Shown: positions 44,561-58,200 of the stretch, in pieces
How positions within the stretch are numbered: the first letter of the stretch is position 1
How the letters are laid out: each line of letters opens with the position of its first letter
From: Blastocladiella emersonii ATCC 22665
Taxonomy: Eukaryota > Fungi > Blastocladiomycota
Direction: 5' to 3'
Assembly: GCA_025594325.1 (NCBI GenBank)
Contig: JANHCV010000003.1
Span: forward strand, 682,001 to 746,000
DNA length: 64,000 nt
The notes under the pieces: model-generated
What the model was told of the DNA's origin: nothing
Database searches by the model: none
Seen by the model: only the letters and a program-made list of their open reading frames with translations
Made by a program: the position numbers and the translations under genes

Positions 44561-46212
44561 ATGAATCGCAACGAACTCAACTTGCCGCATGTCATCGAGC
44601 GCTCGCTTTACTACGCCGTCCGGTGGCATCCGAACAGCAACCTGGCCGAGCTCGCGCAGTATGCTCGTGTCATGCACCGCGCCGACATTCCCGCCGTCGC
44701 CCGCGCAATTCTTCGGCGCTGCTCGGAGCAGCTGCACATGGACGTGTTGAGCTCGAGGGGCTGCGTCAGCGGCCTCGAAATGTGGAAGCAGTCCGGCCTG
44801 CCACTCAACTACACGGCAGAAGCTATCAAGGGCGCTGAACAGGGCATGCATTTTGCGGTCCTTGACTGGTGGCGCGACTCGGGCCTGCCTCTCCTTGTAG
44901 AAGGCAAGCGTTCCTCGCTGGCGGCGGCAACGCTCGGCATTCGCGCACTGAGGGCACGCGTTCATGCAGCTGCACTCCGAGCTTGTTCCCTTGCGTCTTG
45001 ACCCTTGTCTGATGTAGGCGCAGTCCAAACCTCCCATCGAGCCCGCGGACGCGGAGGTTCTCCAACGGACAGACGACCTTGTGTCGGGCAAGTCGGGCCC
45101 ATTCTTTGAAATTGGGCCGGGCCGACTGACTGAGGTCGGCATCAACGCTCTCAATGCGGCTCTCGCGTCGCCGGCGCAGTGCGCCACGTCGCTCGGCTTC
45201 AACCGCGTCAACATGGGCGTTGGCCTCGCGCGGCGACTGCAGCTCCCCGCCTCAGTCCGCCAGTTGATCTTCACCAACTTCCGCCACAACGATGCGGACG
45301 CGCCCCACTACGACTACGAGTCCAGTCCTCGCCTCCCCGAGTCGGTCACCGAGGTCTTCTTCCAGCAGTCGCGCGTGGAGCCGCAGGGTGTGGTCCCGCT
45401 GCGGAGCATCCTGCCGCCCGGTATCAAGTCGCTCCGCATCGTCAGCTACGATTTGACGCGGCTTGGCGACGCGGCCGAGCTGTTCAAGGACCTTCCCGCC
45501 ACCCTGACCACGCTCGCTCTTGACGAGTCGCGCTTCTACCGAGATGACGTGACCAACGGTGGCTGCCCTTGTCCGCTTATTGCTCGCCTCGCTTCATCTC
45601 TCCCGCCAGCGCTGCACTCGTTGTCGTTGCGCAAAACAGGCCTCACCGTGGCCGACCTCTCTACGCTTTTGCCCAACCTTCCCAAGGCCTTCTGCTCGCT
45701 TGACCTTTTTGAATTTCCTTTTGGTGACGCGGGCGGCGTAACCCTTGCCGGGCTCCTGCCTTCATCCCTCTACACCTTGTTCCTCGAGAAATGCGGCTTG
45801 GGCGACGAGAGCATGGTCAAGCTCGCGGCCAACTTGCCAGCAAACCTGATCAGGCTTTCGATCACTGACGTGAAGCGCAACGAACTAATCCCAATCCGCA
45901 TGCTCCTTCTCGTAATGGGCGTGGCCAAGGTCCAGCGCATCAATATGACACGCTGCGGCCTTGGTGACGACGACCTGGCTCTCCTACCGCAGTGGTTCAG
46001 TGCCGATCATGGAGCTCGACCTCACTGGCAATTCAATCACGAACTCGGGCACCGACGCGCTCATGCATCTTCGGCGGTACAAACATGAAGAGCCGCTTCC
46101 ACGCTTTCTCTGCTTCCACGTGAACTTGTCCCGTACCAGGGTAACTGAAGCGGCCGTTCAACATCTCGTGTCCAGGTCCTCTCAAATGGAGTTTTCGTAC
46201 TCGATTTGTTGA
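44561..46212 (+). pseudogene. RNI-like leucine-rich repeat gene with N-terminal (L/V)xxW-SGLPL repeats; frameshift near 45995
   Basis: GLEMWKQSGLPL / VLDWWRDSGLPL, then LRRs (LHSLSLRKTGL, LYTLFLEKCGLGD). The last repeat, MELDLTGNSITNSGTDAL, is in a different frame. Confidence 0.55.
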
Positions 46213-46361
46213 ATTTATTGATAGTTTTTCTTAGTACATCTTCAAGGTCTGTTCCTGGCACTGCCAACATGAATCCGTTCTCACATCAATTGTAGCAATG
46301 AGCTTGAACGTGCACAAGGAACAGTCGACACGAAACGTCATTGTATCTCAACGACGCTCAT

Positions 46362-46892
46362 TCAAATTGATAAATTTCTGTTGAACGTCATCAACTCGTC
46401 GTCCACCCCGAGAACTATACAATCAAGCTCAGGAAACGAACTTGCCGCAGCAGCCAATTTGGATTTGAGTGTGGGAAGCCGCTCGAAAGCTTGAGCCGTG
46501 TACGTTTGGTACAGTTCACCCGAGAGATCGTTGGCCTTTGCGTCGACTTCTTCCAGCTTAAGCTGGATTCGTGAAAGCCGGGAGGAGATTGCTCCGAGTT
46601 GCTCTACGAGGACGTGCTTAGGGCTGAACCTAAGCGATATACTTTGATGGAGAGCCTGCGCCAAGACCTTGTGCGAGTTGAGAAGCTTGATGTATTGATG
46701 AAGTGACCTTTGCAGCGAAATCGTGTCGCTGAACAGCTCGGAGAGCTGCACTGGGATAACCTCGGCGTCCCGCTGGCACGATCTTCCTGGGCCGGACGAA
46801 CTTGCTATCAAGCTTGGAGCGCGCGGTGGTACTGGGGCGGGGACCGCATTCAGCGTGCTTTCGGCCACGTCCATGATGCGAGCTTGATGCAT
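46362..46892 (-). CDS. Hypothetical helical/coiled-coil protein (176 aa)
   Basis: ATG-started ORF with amphipathic helical composition in lower-GC sequence. No recognisable family. Confidence 0.3.
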   Translation of the reverse strand: MHQARIMDVAESTLNAVPAPVPPRAPSLIASSSGPGRSCQRDAEVIPVQLSELFSDTISLQRSLHQYIKLLNSHKVLAQALHQSISLRFSPKHVLVEQLGAISSRLSRIQLKLEEVDAKANDLSGELYQTYTAQAFERLPTLKSKLAAAASSFPELDCIVLGVDDELMTFNRNLSI

Positions 46893-47616
46893 TACTTAGA
46901 TTCCATTGAAATTATACGCCGAGAATCTGTCATGAATTATTTGAGCAACGGGGAGAGCGAGGGGATCGGGAAGCGTGGCGAGCGTAGGCAACAACTCGGC
47001 CAGGTCACTCATCTGCAGCGGGTGCGGCATGCAGCAAGTTTTTCTTTTGCTTTCCGACTATTTCCGTATATGTTGTCGTCGCGACAAAAGGTTGAAGAGA
47101 ATCAGAGCTAGCGTAGTCACCACACCATGGGATCAGGTGTTCCATGAACTTGCCCGCCCAGGTTGCTCAACCGGCCGCACGTGTAGTATTGTCGAAGCGA
47201 GACGTATCCACACGGTCTACGTACGCGCTCGGGCAGGGAAATGAGCGCTTTCCGCCGTCCTCTGAAATCGGGCAGGACGCGGCCACCCTGCGCGCGGACG
47301 ATTGCGGACCTTGTGCGCGAAGGAGCTGACAGCTGCGACGAACACCACCCATCTTTCGCTCTGCCAGTCTAACATGCACAGGAATTTGGATGCGGCGCAC
47401 GAAAACAGTCGCTCGCGCGTGTGGCTCGCGTGGAGGGGACCAGATGGTCCGAACGGGGACGCGTTGCGCCACATCAGATGCCCACGGGACCACCGACGCG
47501 AAGCCACACGTGCACGCTCCGCGCGTCCATCACTATCCGCTTCTACGGCGCGCCAAGCACCCAACTCGCTGCAAGCGTTCTTTGACTCTGTGGAACTTAG
47601 CGCAACGAGAAGCACC

Positions 47617-48281
47617 ATGAGCGACGCCCACGCCCCGCCCGCACCTTCCTCACCCGCCAGCGGCGCGAGCCCCGCTACCCCATCGGTGTGAGTGCTCCTG
47701 CGTCCGCGCCTGCGCCGCGGTCCTCAACAACCGATGTGTCGGTGCTCGTTGTGAAGCGGGCAGAACAGTCGGCCACGATCTCCAGCATCCACGAGGTGCG
47801 GTCCCGCGAAGCCGCGGAGCAGGACGCCCAGGAGCGCGACGAGCTTGAGGCGCTGGGCGTCCTTCTCAAGTCCAGGTTTGAGCGCATGAAACGAGCGGCG
47901 GAAGAAATTGCTACTCGCCGTCGTGCTCTCATCGAAGCGCATCGCACTCTGCTGGGTTCCCCCGAGGAGATCTCCGAGCAAGACCTTCACGAAGCGAAGC
48001 GAAGCGTGTCTTCGCTAAACGATGTGCTCACGAGCTCCGTATCCTCGAAGCGCTCCGCAGCGCTTGCCTTACTTTCGCTGCTGATCTCGACGAGTACCCA
48101 CAGCACAGCTCCGCTCTTTACTCAGCGTGGCAAACTTACATCCTCGTGCTTGTCTAGTTTCGCTTGCAAGTTGGCCGAGTTTGCGCTCGTCAACGAGGCG
48201 CCCGGCCCTCATCAAGAAGACCATGCTCGCAAGTCGCAAGTTCACCGTTCCGCGAGCGCTGACGGCCGGCCGGCACCGTAA
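47617..48281 (+). CDS. Hypothetical coiled-coil protein, start uncertain (frame break at ~47688)
   Basis: ATG at 47617 with good context, but the coiled-coil ORF (ERDELEALGVLLKSRFERMKRAAEEIA) is in another frame. Confidence 0.25.
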
Positions 48282-48611
48282 GTCTCCCTCGCACTCGACA
48301 TTCGCGCTCTCGTCAGCGTCCTCGTCTGCCTCAAGGGTTTTCTTCATGACCAAGCTCGAGCACTCGTGTGGTTGATCATCTCGCTACACTTTCTATGTAA
48401 CTCACGTAAACTCTATCGCAGCTGCCTGGGCCGTGTCCTCTTCACAGTTGTTCCTGGTCGAGAGCAGACGAACAGGCGAGCTGAAGCATGGCTCGATCAC
48501 CTCGACCATCATCACATCACGCGAGGCTCGAGTTCAGAACGTCGATTACATTCCCATCTCCGACCACCGACACGATTGCAGCACGCAATCGCACGCACAC
48601 TCCACCACCGC

Positions 48612-51024
48612 TTAGAGCGACGCGGAGCTCGACGGCGCGCTCTCGAACCGCTCGGCGTGGATCGAGCGGAGCTCGTCGAGGCGCGACTTGAGCTTGCTCT
48701 CCTCCTGGAGCAGGCACTCGAGGCGCGTCTTCTCCTCCTGGAGGGCGAGCCGCTTCTCGGGGTCGAGGTCCGTGAACACGTACCCGCCCATGCCGTCGAG
48801 CTGGAGGATCTTGGAGTGGTACTGCCAGACGGTGGGCCGGTGCGCGATCGTGATCATGGTGATGCCGAGCTCCTTGGCGTGCTGGTACATGATTTGCTCG
48901 ACAACGACATTTGTAACGGAAGTACTTTCGTCGAGAATCGCGTACTTGGGCTTGTGGTAGAAGAGCCGCGCGCCCGCGAGCCGCTGCTTGTCGCCGCCGG
49001 CGAGCGTCGACGACCACTCCTTGACGGCGTCCCACCCGCCCTCGCGCTCGACGAGCGTGTCGAGCTGCATCACCTCGAGGATCGCCTGCAGGTCCGCGTC
49101 GGTGACGCCGCGTGCGCGCATCTCGGCGTGCGTGTGCGGGTAGATGACCTGGTCGCGCAGCGTGCCGGTGCACAGGTACGGCCGCTGCGGGATGTAGAAG
49201 ATGTCGGACGCCGCGGGCCGCGTCATGACGCCGCCGTACAGTGGCCACAGCCCGCCCAGGACGCGGAGCGAGGACGATTTCCCCGCGCCGTTGGCGCCTG
49301 TAATCAGCGTCGCGTCGCCGGGCCGGATCGTCATGTTCAGCTTCTCGAGTAGAATGTCGCCGTTGGGCGTCACGATCGGCACGTCCTTGAAGTCGATGAA
49401 GTCCGACTCGATCACGGTGCCGCGCGACGCGAGCAGCGTCGCCTTGTCGATCCCACCGCCCGAAGTTGACGGGGACGCGGGCGAGGCGTCGGTCGCTGCC
49501 GCCGCGGCCGCGGGGGCGAGAGCGCGGCGCGACACCTCGGCCTTGGCGGACCCGACGAGCGCCTTGCGGTACTTGCCCGCCATAACGTCGTCGAGCGTGT
49601 CGAGCAGCTCGGTGACGCGCGACGTGTAGCCGGCGAGCTCGGACATCTCCTTGAACGAGTACATGATGCGGCCGAACGCGTCAGAGCTCGACAGGAGCAG
49701 GCGCCGGTTGGTGACAAAGTCCTGGGTGCGCGAGCCGATGGTGGGCGCGGCGCCGGCGGGGACCGCGTCGTCGCCGTCCGCGGCGGCGGCGACGAGGCGC
49801 GACCGCTTGCCGCCCGACGACGGGAAGAAGACGGGGCCCGCGGTGATGATGAGGCCGCACGCGCCCCAAAAGTACCTACACAGCGGGTCGAGGTCAGTGG
49901 ACGTCGAAGAATCCGTTCGACGCGAAATAACGCACTTGATGACGTAGTCCTCGAGCACGTTGAACACGGCGCGCGTCTTGAACAGGCGGTTGACGTGCCG
50001 GATGAGGCGGATGTAGGCGTCGTCGAGGATGGACTGCTCGCGCTCCTCGCCGCCGTAGAAGGCGATTTCCTCGGCGTTCTCGAGCAGGCGCGAGTGGCGG
50101 AAGCGCAGGTCGCCCTCGAGGCGGCCCTCCTCGGCAACGAGCTTGCCGAACGCCGGGGTAGCGAGGCGGAGGAGCTGGGCCGAGATGTGGATGAGGAGGG
50201 ATCCGGCGAGCAGCACGTTTCCGCCAACGGACTGGGCGAGCTGGTAGTTGTAGATGCAGATGTCGAGGATGGGCTTGGCGAGCGAGCTCCACAGCTCGGC
50301 GACCGAGTTGCAGAACTTGGGGATGTCGACGGTGATGAGCTGCGCGGGCGACGAGACGCGGTCGTCGAGGTTTGTGACGCGGTAGAAGGTGGCGGTCGTC
50401 AGGTACTGGGTGGTGACGTGGTCGGTGAGGCGGGTGCGGAAGGCGAGCGAGATCTTGGACTGCAGGTAGCCGAGCATGGCGTTGGTGTAGGTGGCGGGGA
50501 GGGCAATGGCCATCCACAGGAACAGGCCCTTGATGAAGGCGCGGCCCTTGGCCTGGACCAGCGCGCTCACGATGCGGCCGTCGAGCGCGGCCACGTACAC
50601 GGAGAGGATGGTGCGCAGGACGAGGAAGGCCGAGTGGAGGACGACCAGCACGAACTCCTTGCTGCGCAGCGACGGGATGCAGATCTTGAGCAGCCGGTGC
50701 AGCCGCCGGAAGAAGACCTTGTCGACCTAGATATGGGAAGAGTGTTGGATTCTCGCTCAAGCGGGAAGCGGTTCCCGTGCGTACGTCGGGTTTGCGCTTG
50801 CGCGGCGCAGCACCGCTGGACGCGACCACGGCCGTCGTCGAAGAAGCAGCCGAGGCAGCAGTACCTCCACTGCGGCGGCGGGCCAGCATGCGGCGGATCT
50901 GCGAGAAGAGGGCGACGAGGACGGCGGCGGTCACGGCGCGCTTGAGCGGCTGGCGCGTGGCCGATCGGACCATGGCCGTGGCCAGGGCGCCGAGGTCGGG
51001 CACGGCGGCGGTAGCGGTCGCCAT
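48612..51024 (-). CDS. Peroxisomal ABCD half-transporter (Pxa2/PMP70-type fatty acyl-CoA importer)
   Basis: Exons 51024-50785, 50726-49936 and 49875-48612. EAA motif ENAEEIAFYGG, Walker A GANGAGKSS, YIPQRPY, Walker B AILDESTS. Confidence 0.9.
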
Positions 51025-51548
51025 GGGTCGGGCGGAGAGGGGGGTTCGGCTTGACAAGAGTGCAAGAAGTCCCGAGGTCGTTCGTTGATCCGTTGCAGTT
51101 ACGTGGCGCGCGAGCACGCGTCGTCGTGGCGTGGTCAGGGACGAGGGGTTGACGAGGGATGCGAAAGAGCGCGGGGAGAGGGAGGGCGCGGCGCGGGGAC
51201 CGTGGCCGTCGGCGTCGCTCGCCTGGTCGCGGCGATTTCAACAGGCTTGTCGCGCGAGCGAGCGCGGCGCCACGCAGGCGCGTCGATTACATCACCGTCT
51301 GCCTCACGTGGGGCGCGTATATTATTACCATCACGACGGGCCGGATGGGGCCGATTGCGCCCTGCCAATCGCGCGCACGCGTCTCTCATCGCGCGCCCGC
51401 ATGCCTGATGCCGGTCGGCCGGCCGACGCGTTCGCTCCCCTCCCCCCCGCGGCCCCGCATCGGCTCTCGTGCTCGTCCCGCCGCCCGCCCACTCGGTGCA
51501 CTGGATCCAGAGCGCTCTTTCGTCGCCCCACACGCATTCGCACACACC

Positions 51549-52826
51549 ATGGCGTCGCCGCGGCTCAAGATCATGATCACGGGCGCCACGGGCCTGCTCG
51601 GCCGCGCCGTGCTCAAGGAGTTCAACACACGGAACCTGTTCGACGGTCCGTCGCGTCGCTGTGGCCCCGACTCGGTCCACCCGGGTCTGACGCGGAACCC
51701 TGCCCGCCGTGTAGCTTTCGGCACCGCCTTCTCGCGCGCCTCGGGGTCCATTGCCAAGGTAAGCATGCCACTGCGCGCTCACTTTGAGCAAGGAGACACG
51801 CGCTCCCTCCCAAGCACAGGGCTCACGCTGTGCGTCCCTGCCTGCCGTGTAGCTCGACCTGACCGACTTTGACGCTGTGACCGCCTTCATCGAGCAGCAC
51901 CGCCCGCAGGGTACCCACTCGCTCTCCCCCTCGCAGTCACCTCGACCGCCCACTCACACCACCCTTCGCGTAGCCATCGTCCACTGCGCGGCCGAGCGCC
52001 GCCCCGACGTGGCCGAAAAGGACCCGGCGGGCGTCATCAAGCTCAACGTGGACACGACGCGGCACCTGGCGTCCCTCTGCAAGCAGCGCGGCCTCTTCTT
52101 CGTGTACATTTCGACCGACTACGTGTTCGACGGCGCGCGCCCGGGGATCCGCGCCGAGTACGAGGTCGGCGACGCGACCAACCCGCTCAACAGCTACGGC
52201 GTGTCGAAGCGCGACGGCGAGCGCGCCGTGCACGACGTGTTCGCCGCGAGCCCCGACAACCCGGACGCCAAGTACGCCATCGTGCGCGTGCCCGTCCTCT
52301 ACGGCGACACGGACGACTGGGCCGAATCCGCCGTCTCCGTGCTCATCAACGTGGTCGACGCCGCCCAGGCCCCCGGCGCACCGCCCGCCCAGGTCGACGC
52401 CTACTCGATCCGCTACCCGACCTACACGGGCGACGTGGCCCGCGCTCTCGCCGATATCACCCAGCTCGCCCTCGTCGGCGACGGGCCCGGCGCTGCCTGG
52501 CCGCTCCGCGACGTGTTCCATTTCACGTCCGAGGAGCTCTGGACCAAGTACGACATGTGCGGTACGCCTACTCCTCGTTTTCCTCCGTGTGCTCGCTCAG
52601 AAACTCAACCGCCATACCGGCCGTAGTCCTCTTCGCCAAGCTCCGCGGCCAGTCCATGGCCAACGTGCACGCCGTGACCCAGCCGCCGCCCAACCCGACC
52701 GCCAACCGCCCCGGCCACGTGCGCCTGTCGACCAAGAAGCTGTGGACCCTCGGCATCGACGGCAAGGCGACCAAGTTCGAGGACTACTGGGCCAAGGTCC
52801 TGACCAAGGTCAAGCCGTCGCTCTAG
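51549..52826 (+). CDS. MAT2B: Methionine adenosyltransferase II beta / RmlD-like extended SDR
   Basis: Five exons (51549-51645, 51715-51758, 51853-51910, 51974-52561, 52627-52826). ITGATGLLG, HCAAERRPD, YISTDYVFDG, YGVSK. Confidence 0.8.
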
Positions 52827-52928
52827 TCACGATGTCGCGGTGCGCAAAGATGGGGGCAGGTATATTCGTCGTCATCATTCGCGGTCAATACAGTCGATTC
52901 AGTCGTCGGTACATGGTGGTGTGCGTGC

Positions 52929-53997
52929 TCAGAACCGCGCGGGCCCGGGGAACTCCCACTCGAGCGGGCGGTGGATCCCGTGCACGATCTCGAGGTAGTC
53001 GGGCTCGTTCTCGGCCGTAATGTACCCGTGCCGCACCAGAAAGTCGATGAGGACTAGACGTCGCGGTCAGCACTCGCCCCGCACCGGTTCCACCGTCGCG
53101 AACGCACATACCGACGGCGCAGTTGGGCTTAAACTCGCCTTGGCGCATGAGCTCGAGCGCCGCGTCGACGCGCACCTTCTTGAATCCGTGCACCTCGCCG
53201 TCGTTGATGACGGGCTTGAAGTCGTCGCCGACCTGGAGGTCGAACACGAATTGGGTCTCGGGCCCGGCCACGCCGCCGAGCGACGGGAGATGGTCTTGCC
53301 GCTGGTAGTACGACACGGCGCCCGCGGGCCGCACGTTGTCGCGCGCAAATTCTTCAGACACGCTCGCCTCCTCGGCACACTCGCGCACCATGCACTCGAA
53401 CGGCGCCTGGCCGAACGGCAGCCCGCCCGCCGCCGTGTTGTCGAGCATCCCCGGGAACGTTGGTTTCGTCAGCGACCGCCGCGCGATCCACAGGTGCAGG
53501 TCCGGGTGCGGGTGCGCGGCGCCCACGGGGAGCGTGTACGCCGTCAGGTGGCACCCGTACGTCCGCACGCCCAGCAGGCCCGACGCCGCGCGCTCGACCG
53601 TGAAGGCCGGGACGCCGCCGGCGCCGTACACGGTGTACAGCTCGTCGCGCCAGCCTTGCAGTGCTGGGAACCGCGACGCGGCGCGCCAGCGTGCTGTGAT
53701 GGCCGCGAGGCGCTGCGACCGCGCCGCGAACGCGTCGGCGCCGTCGGACGCGTGCCGCGTCACCTCGAGCTCGGTCGCGGACACGACGGTGATGGCGTCC
53801 GATTCGGCGGCGAGGGCCGCGGTCACGGGTGGGGATAGAAGGCCGACGCGGACGCCGTCAGCGGTCAGGAACGCGAAGCCGTGCGGCCCGTCGTCGTCGG
53901 CCCCCTGGCGGCGCGCTGCGTTGAGCTCGGCGACCCAGCGGTCGAGCGAGTGCGGCACGTTGTTGCAGTCGTCGACGAGGTCGCGAAGTGATTTCAT
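52929..53997 (-). CDS. Nudix hydrolase, thiamine-pyrophosphokinase-related (YJR142W/NUDT20-like)
   Basis: WRDELY, ERAASGLLGVRTYGCH, RRSLTKPTFPGMLDNTAAGG, RECAEEAS. Intron at 53111-53054. Confidence 0.85.
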
Positions 53998-54226
53998 GGT
54001 TGCAAGAGTGCTTTTTGGGTTGCGAGAGAGGGAGAGGAGGGGAGGGAAGCGGACGCGTGTGAAGGGGCAGCAGTTGCCAGCGCGCGAAGGGAACGCGCGT
54101 GCCGCTCGTCCGCATGACATGACGCGACCCTGACCGATCCGAACGAGCGAGCGGGCAAACAAGGATCTAGGATTATACCGACAAACGACGAGGGAGAAAT
54201 ATACAAGCGACACAATACATCCAGCT

Positions 54227-54668
54227 TTACTTTGACGCAAACTTCTCGAGCAGGTCCTTGGCCTCGTTGATCTTGGAGGCGACGTAGGGCGAGCCGCCGC
54301 GGTCCGGGTGGTTGAGCAGCATGATGCGGCGGTGGTGCTCCTTGAGCTTGGACAGCTGGATGTTGTGCTCGCGCAGGCCGAGGATCTGGGCCGCCTCGCG
54401 CCGCGACATCTTGGGGTCGAAGCCGCCGCGCACGAAGCTGCCCGAGTTGCCCATGAGCGACGACCCCGACGTCGGCGGGCCCATGTACTTGCCCATGTGC
54501 TTGATGAACTCGGGCCCGTGGTTCTGGTACGCGCGGAACGCACCGCGCGCCACCACTGCGCTCGTGAAGACGCCCATGCCGACGAGGACTGCAGAGGCCT
54601 ACGGGGCGGAGCGCGGGGGGTTAGGCCAGGGTTCGGACGAGGGCTTCCGGGCGAGCGGTGCTCACCAT
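54227..54668 (-). CDS. PAM18: Mitochondrial import motor J-protein Pam18/Tim14
   Basis: ATG-only exon, intron 54665-54599. GGFDPKMSRREAAQILG...NHPDRGGSPYVASKINEAKDLL. Confidence 0.95.
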
Positions 54669-55259
54669 GGCTGTAGTGTTGGCGTAGAGTTTGATGCGTT
54701 GCGACGAGTTGCGTGGGTTGGCAGAACGCCGTTGGTGTGGGGTCGGAGAGCGATGGCCGCCGGCGACGAGTCGCAGCGAACCAACACGGCCCGCGGCGGA
54801 GCGCACGTGGGATCGGCCGCCTTGAGCCACACTGTGGCGCTTCCGCTCGCCCTTCGCCGCCTCCGCCTCGCCGCTGCTGCCGAGCGGGTACCCGTTAATT
54901 ATCGTGGGGCGGCCTTGAGCGCGGAAGAGGCAATTGCGCACTCGCCGCTGTCTGTCTCGCAGTTCAAGCCCTGCGACCGCGACCGGGCCACCAGACGACT
55001 CGACTCGACCCGACTCCGCCACCCTCGCCCATCGCTTCTCCCCCGAGTCCTCACTCGATACAACGTAATCAACTCGGCGGCACCTCCACACTTGCCGCAT
55101 TTCGACTGCCCTCCCGCTCGCGACGTCTGTCCGAGCCGAGACTCGCTCTCCCTCCCCGCCTCCATCGCTCGAGGGGTTGGACGCACACCCTCTCTCCGCA
55201 TACCCCTCCGACCCCTCCCTCCCTCTCTCATCTCCAACACGACGCCAACCGCCACCGCC

Positions 55260-58200
55260 ATGTCCAAGGCCTTCAAACGCATCTCTCAGTCGGTTAAGAA
55301 GGTGACGCGCCGGTCGTCGGGCTCGAAAAAGGACGACGGGTCCAGCAGCGACGGCAGCGCCTCGCCGACGCCCTCGGCCGCCTCCGTCGTTGTCGTCGCC
55401 CCGCGCGCCGCCGCCGCCGTCACGGCCGCGCCCTTTGAGCCGTCGCCACTCGCCACCTCGATGCCGTACCTCGTCGAGGACGAGCCCGCCGCGTCGCGCC
55501 CGCCAGAAACCCCCATGGCCTCGCTACCCTCGGCGCACCACCCGCGCCACCTCGACGACATGGACTTTGGGCCCTCGTCGCTGTTCGGCGCCGACGCCGC
55601 CGATGGCTCCGACGACGGCGACATGCACCTCGCCTTGACCGCCGCCGCGCACTTTGACGCCGGCGAGCCGCTGCCCGAGCCCGTGTCCGCCGAATCCGCG
55701 GCCGCGTCCGCGTCCGCGACGCTGTCCCGCGCCAACTCGTCGGCGCGCGCGTCCACGGCGGCATCCGACGCGGCCGCCGACGGGTCCATGGCGACGATGG
55801 CGGTCCTCTCGCTGCCCGTGCTCGGGGACATGGACGCCTTCTCGCCGCCGTCGACCATGTCGCGCGAGCGGTCCGCGCGCAAGCTGCCGGACCTCCCGTT
55901 CCTCGACGTGGACCCGCAGGTGCTCGCGCTCACGTCTAACTCGAGCCCACTATCGCGCACCGCGCCGTCGCCGTCGCCCGACCCGTTCGCCGCCGGCACG
56001 CCCACCGGCAACGGCAACAGCATGGCGACGCCCGCGGCCATCTCGGCCGCCATGGACGACTACGAGTACGAGATGGCGTCGCGCCGCGTCCTCGCCGAGT
56101 ACTGCTTCAACGTCGCCTACGTCGCCGACTGGATGAGCGGCGATATCCCGCCACCCGTCGACGCACTCGAGCAGTCGAGTGCCGCGGCGGCAGCGGCGGC
56201 GGCCGACGTTGAGAAGAAGCGCAAGAAGAGCAAGCGCGGCCCGCGCATCAAGCTGCCCGGCCATCATAAGGCCGGCAAGGACGCGCCCGCCGTCGACCGC
56301 TCGCCCTCGTTCCACTCCGAGACCCCCGCGCCGCCGCTCAAGGTCGGCCCGCTCGCCCAGCACGTCATGGACCTGTTCGACTGGGAGCCGCATTACGGCT
56401 ACGAGCCCATGGACGTTCGGGTACGCGCGCGGCTGTCTCACCGCCATCATCACCTCCGCCCCCATCCCTAACGACCATGCTCGCGCGCCCGTAGATGTTG
56501 TTCCTTCACCTCAAAGCGTTCGTCGAGTCGCTCACGTCGCTCGCGTCCGCCGGGTCCGCGCCGACGCCGCTGTCGGCGACGGTGCCGCCGCAGTTCCTCC
56601 TGCCCGCGCAGTTCCCGTCGCAAGACCACTTCTCGCAGCGCATCCACCACATCATCAAGGCCATGCGCGCCGAGATCGCCCTGCTCGCCGACGCCCACCC
56701 GTCCGTCATGCAGTCGTCGCTCGGCGTCGTGTCCAGCAACTCGCGCCTGCTCGCCACCGTCAAGGCGCAGGCGGCTGCCGCTGCCGCGGCCGCGAATGGC
56801 GGCAGCGACGCCGACGAGACCCAGTCGCAGTCCGGCTCTGAGGGCTCCGTGACGGGCGGCCCGAGCGCCGTCGGGTCCGGGTCGTCGTCCGCGGGCCACC
56901 ACCGCGACTGGATCCGCGTGCTCGTCCCCGACAACCCGTACCACTACCTCGAGGAGCTCCTCGGCATGATGCGCGTGCAGGTGCTGTCGGCCGACGAGCA
57001 GCTGCCGCTCGACCGCAAGAGCAAGGCGCTGATCGACCGCGTGTGCCAGTTCTGGCGCATCAGCCAGGTCACCAAGGACGCGCTGCTCGCGCAGTGGGTG
57101 CTGCACGCGCTGCAGGACCAGGCCGTCCCGACGCTGTGGCCGTCGCTCACGATGCGCATCGACAAGCTCGAGCTCACGGTGCGCCGCGAGCGCGCCACCA
57201 TGTCGCGCGGCGACCAGCGGCTCCTGCGCACCTTCATGGCGGCGCTCACGCGCCACGCGAAGTGGTACGTGAGCGCCGCCGACGACGACTCGATCCACGA
57301 CCTCGCCACCGTCCTCACCGTCAACAAGCACCTCGACGTGCTGTGCGAGCTCATCGACACCCCCGCCACGGGCGCCGTCGTCGAGGCCTTCGCCCACGGG
57401 TACACGCGCCGGCTGCTCGGCATGCAGGCCAACGCGAGCGACCCGAGCGTCGCGTCGCCGTCGTCGTCGGCGCCCGGTGAGCTCATGGCGCGCCTCAACC
57501 ACGCGGCCGAGCAGCTCCCCTTCGTCGTCGAGTCGCTCAAGCTGCCCGAGCTGCAGCGCAACCAGGTCGCGTTCCTGCTCGCGCACTCGTTCCTCGTGTC
57601 GGCGGCCGAGCTGTGCCCGATCCGCATGCCCGACAAGGAGACGCGCGAGGAGCTGACGGCCGTGTGCCACCAGTACCGCCGCATGCGCGAGGTCGAGGAC
57701 CTCATGGAAGACGCGCGCCAGTACCTCGTCGAGTTTGCGGACGTCGAGCTCACCCAGCGCCGGCACAGCTTCACGCCCGACCACCTCGTCCACCTCGAGT
57801 TCCAGCACGAGCTCCAGATGCAGCTCGTCAACGAGAAGCCGCCCATCGATTTCGTGTGGGACGAGTGGCTGCTGCAGCTCGAGGACGACCTATGCGAGGA
57901 GGTCGAGTCGCAGATCGAGGAGCACCTCGGGCTCGGCAACGCCATGGCGGGCGGCGACCAGTACGGGTTCGCGACATCGGGGGTCGCCGTCGACGCGGCG
58001 TCGGCCAACGGCGCCAACTCGATGCACGCGCTCCTCGACCTGCTCCTCAAGTACCTCCAGTACGTCGAGGGGTTCCCGTTCCCGAGCTCGCACCACGTGG
58101 TGCGCATGGCCAAGTCCCTTACGCGCATCTTCACGCGCGCCATCACGCAGTCGGCGCAGATGTCGTACCGGCACATCCTCGACGCCCCGCACGACCGCCA

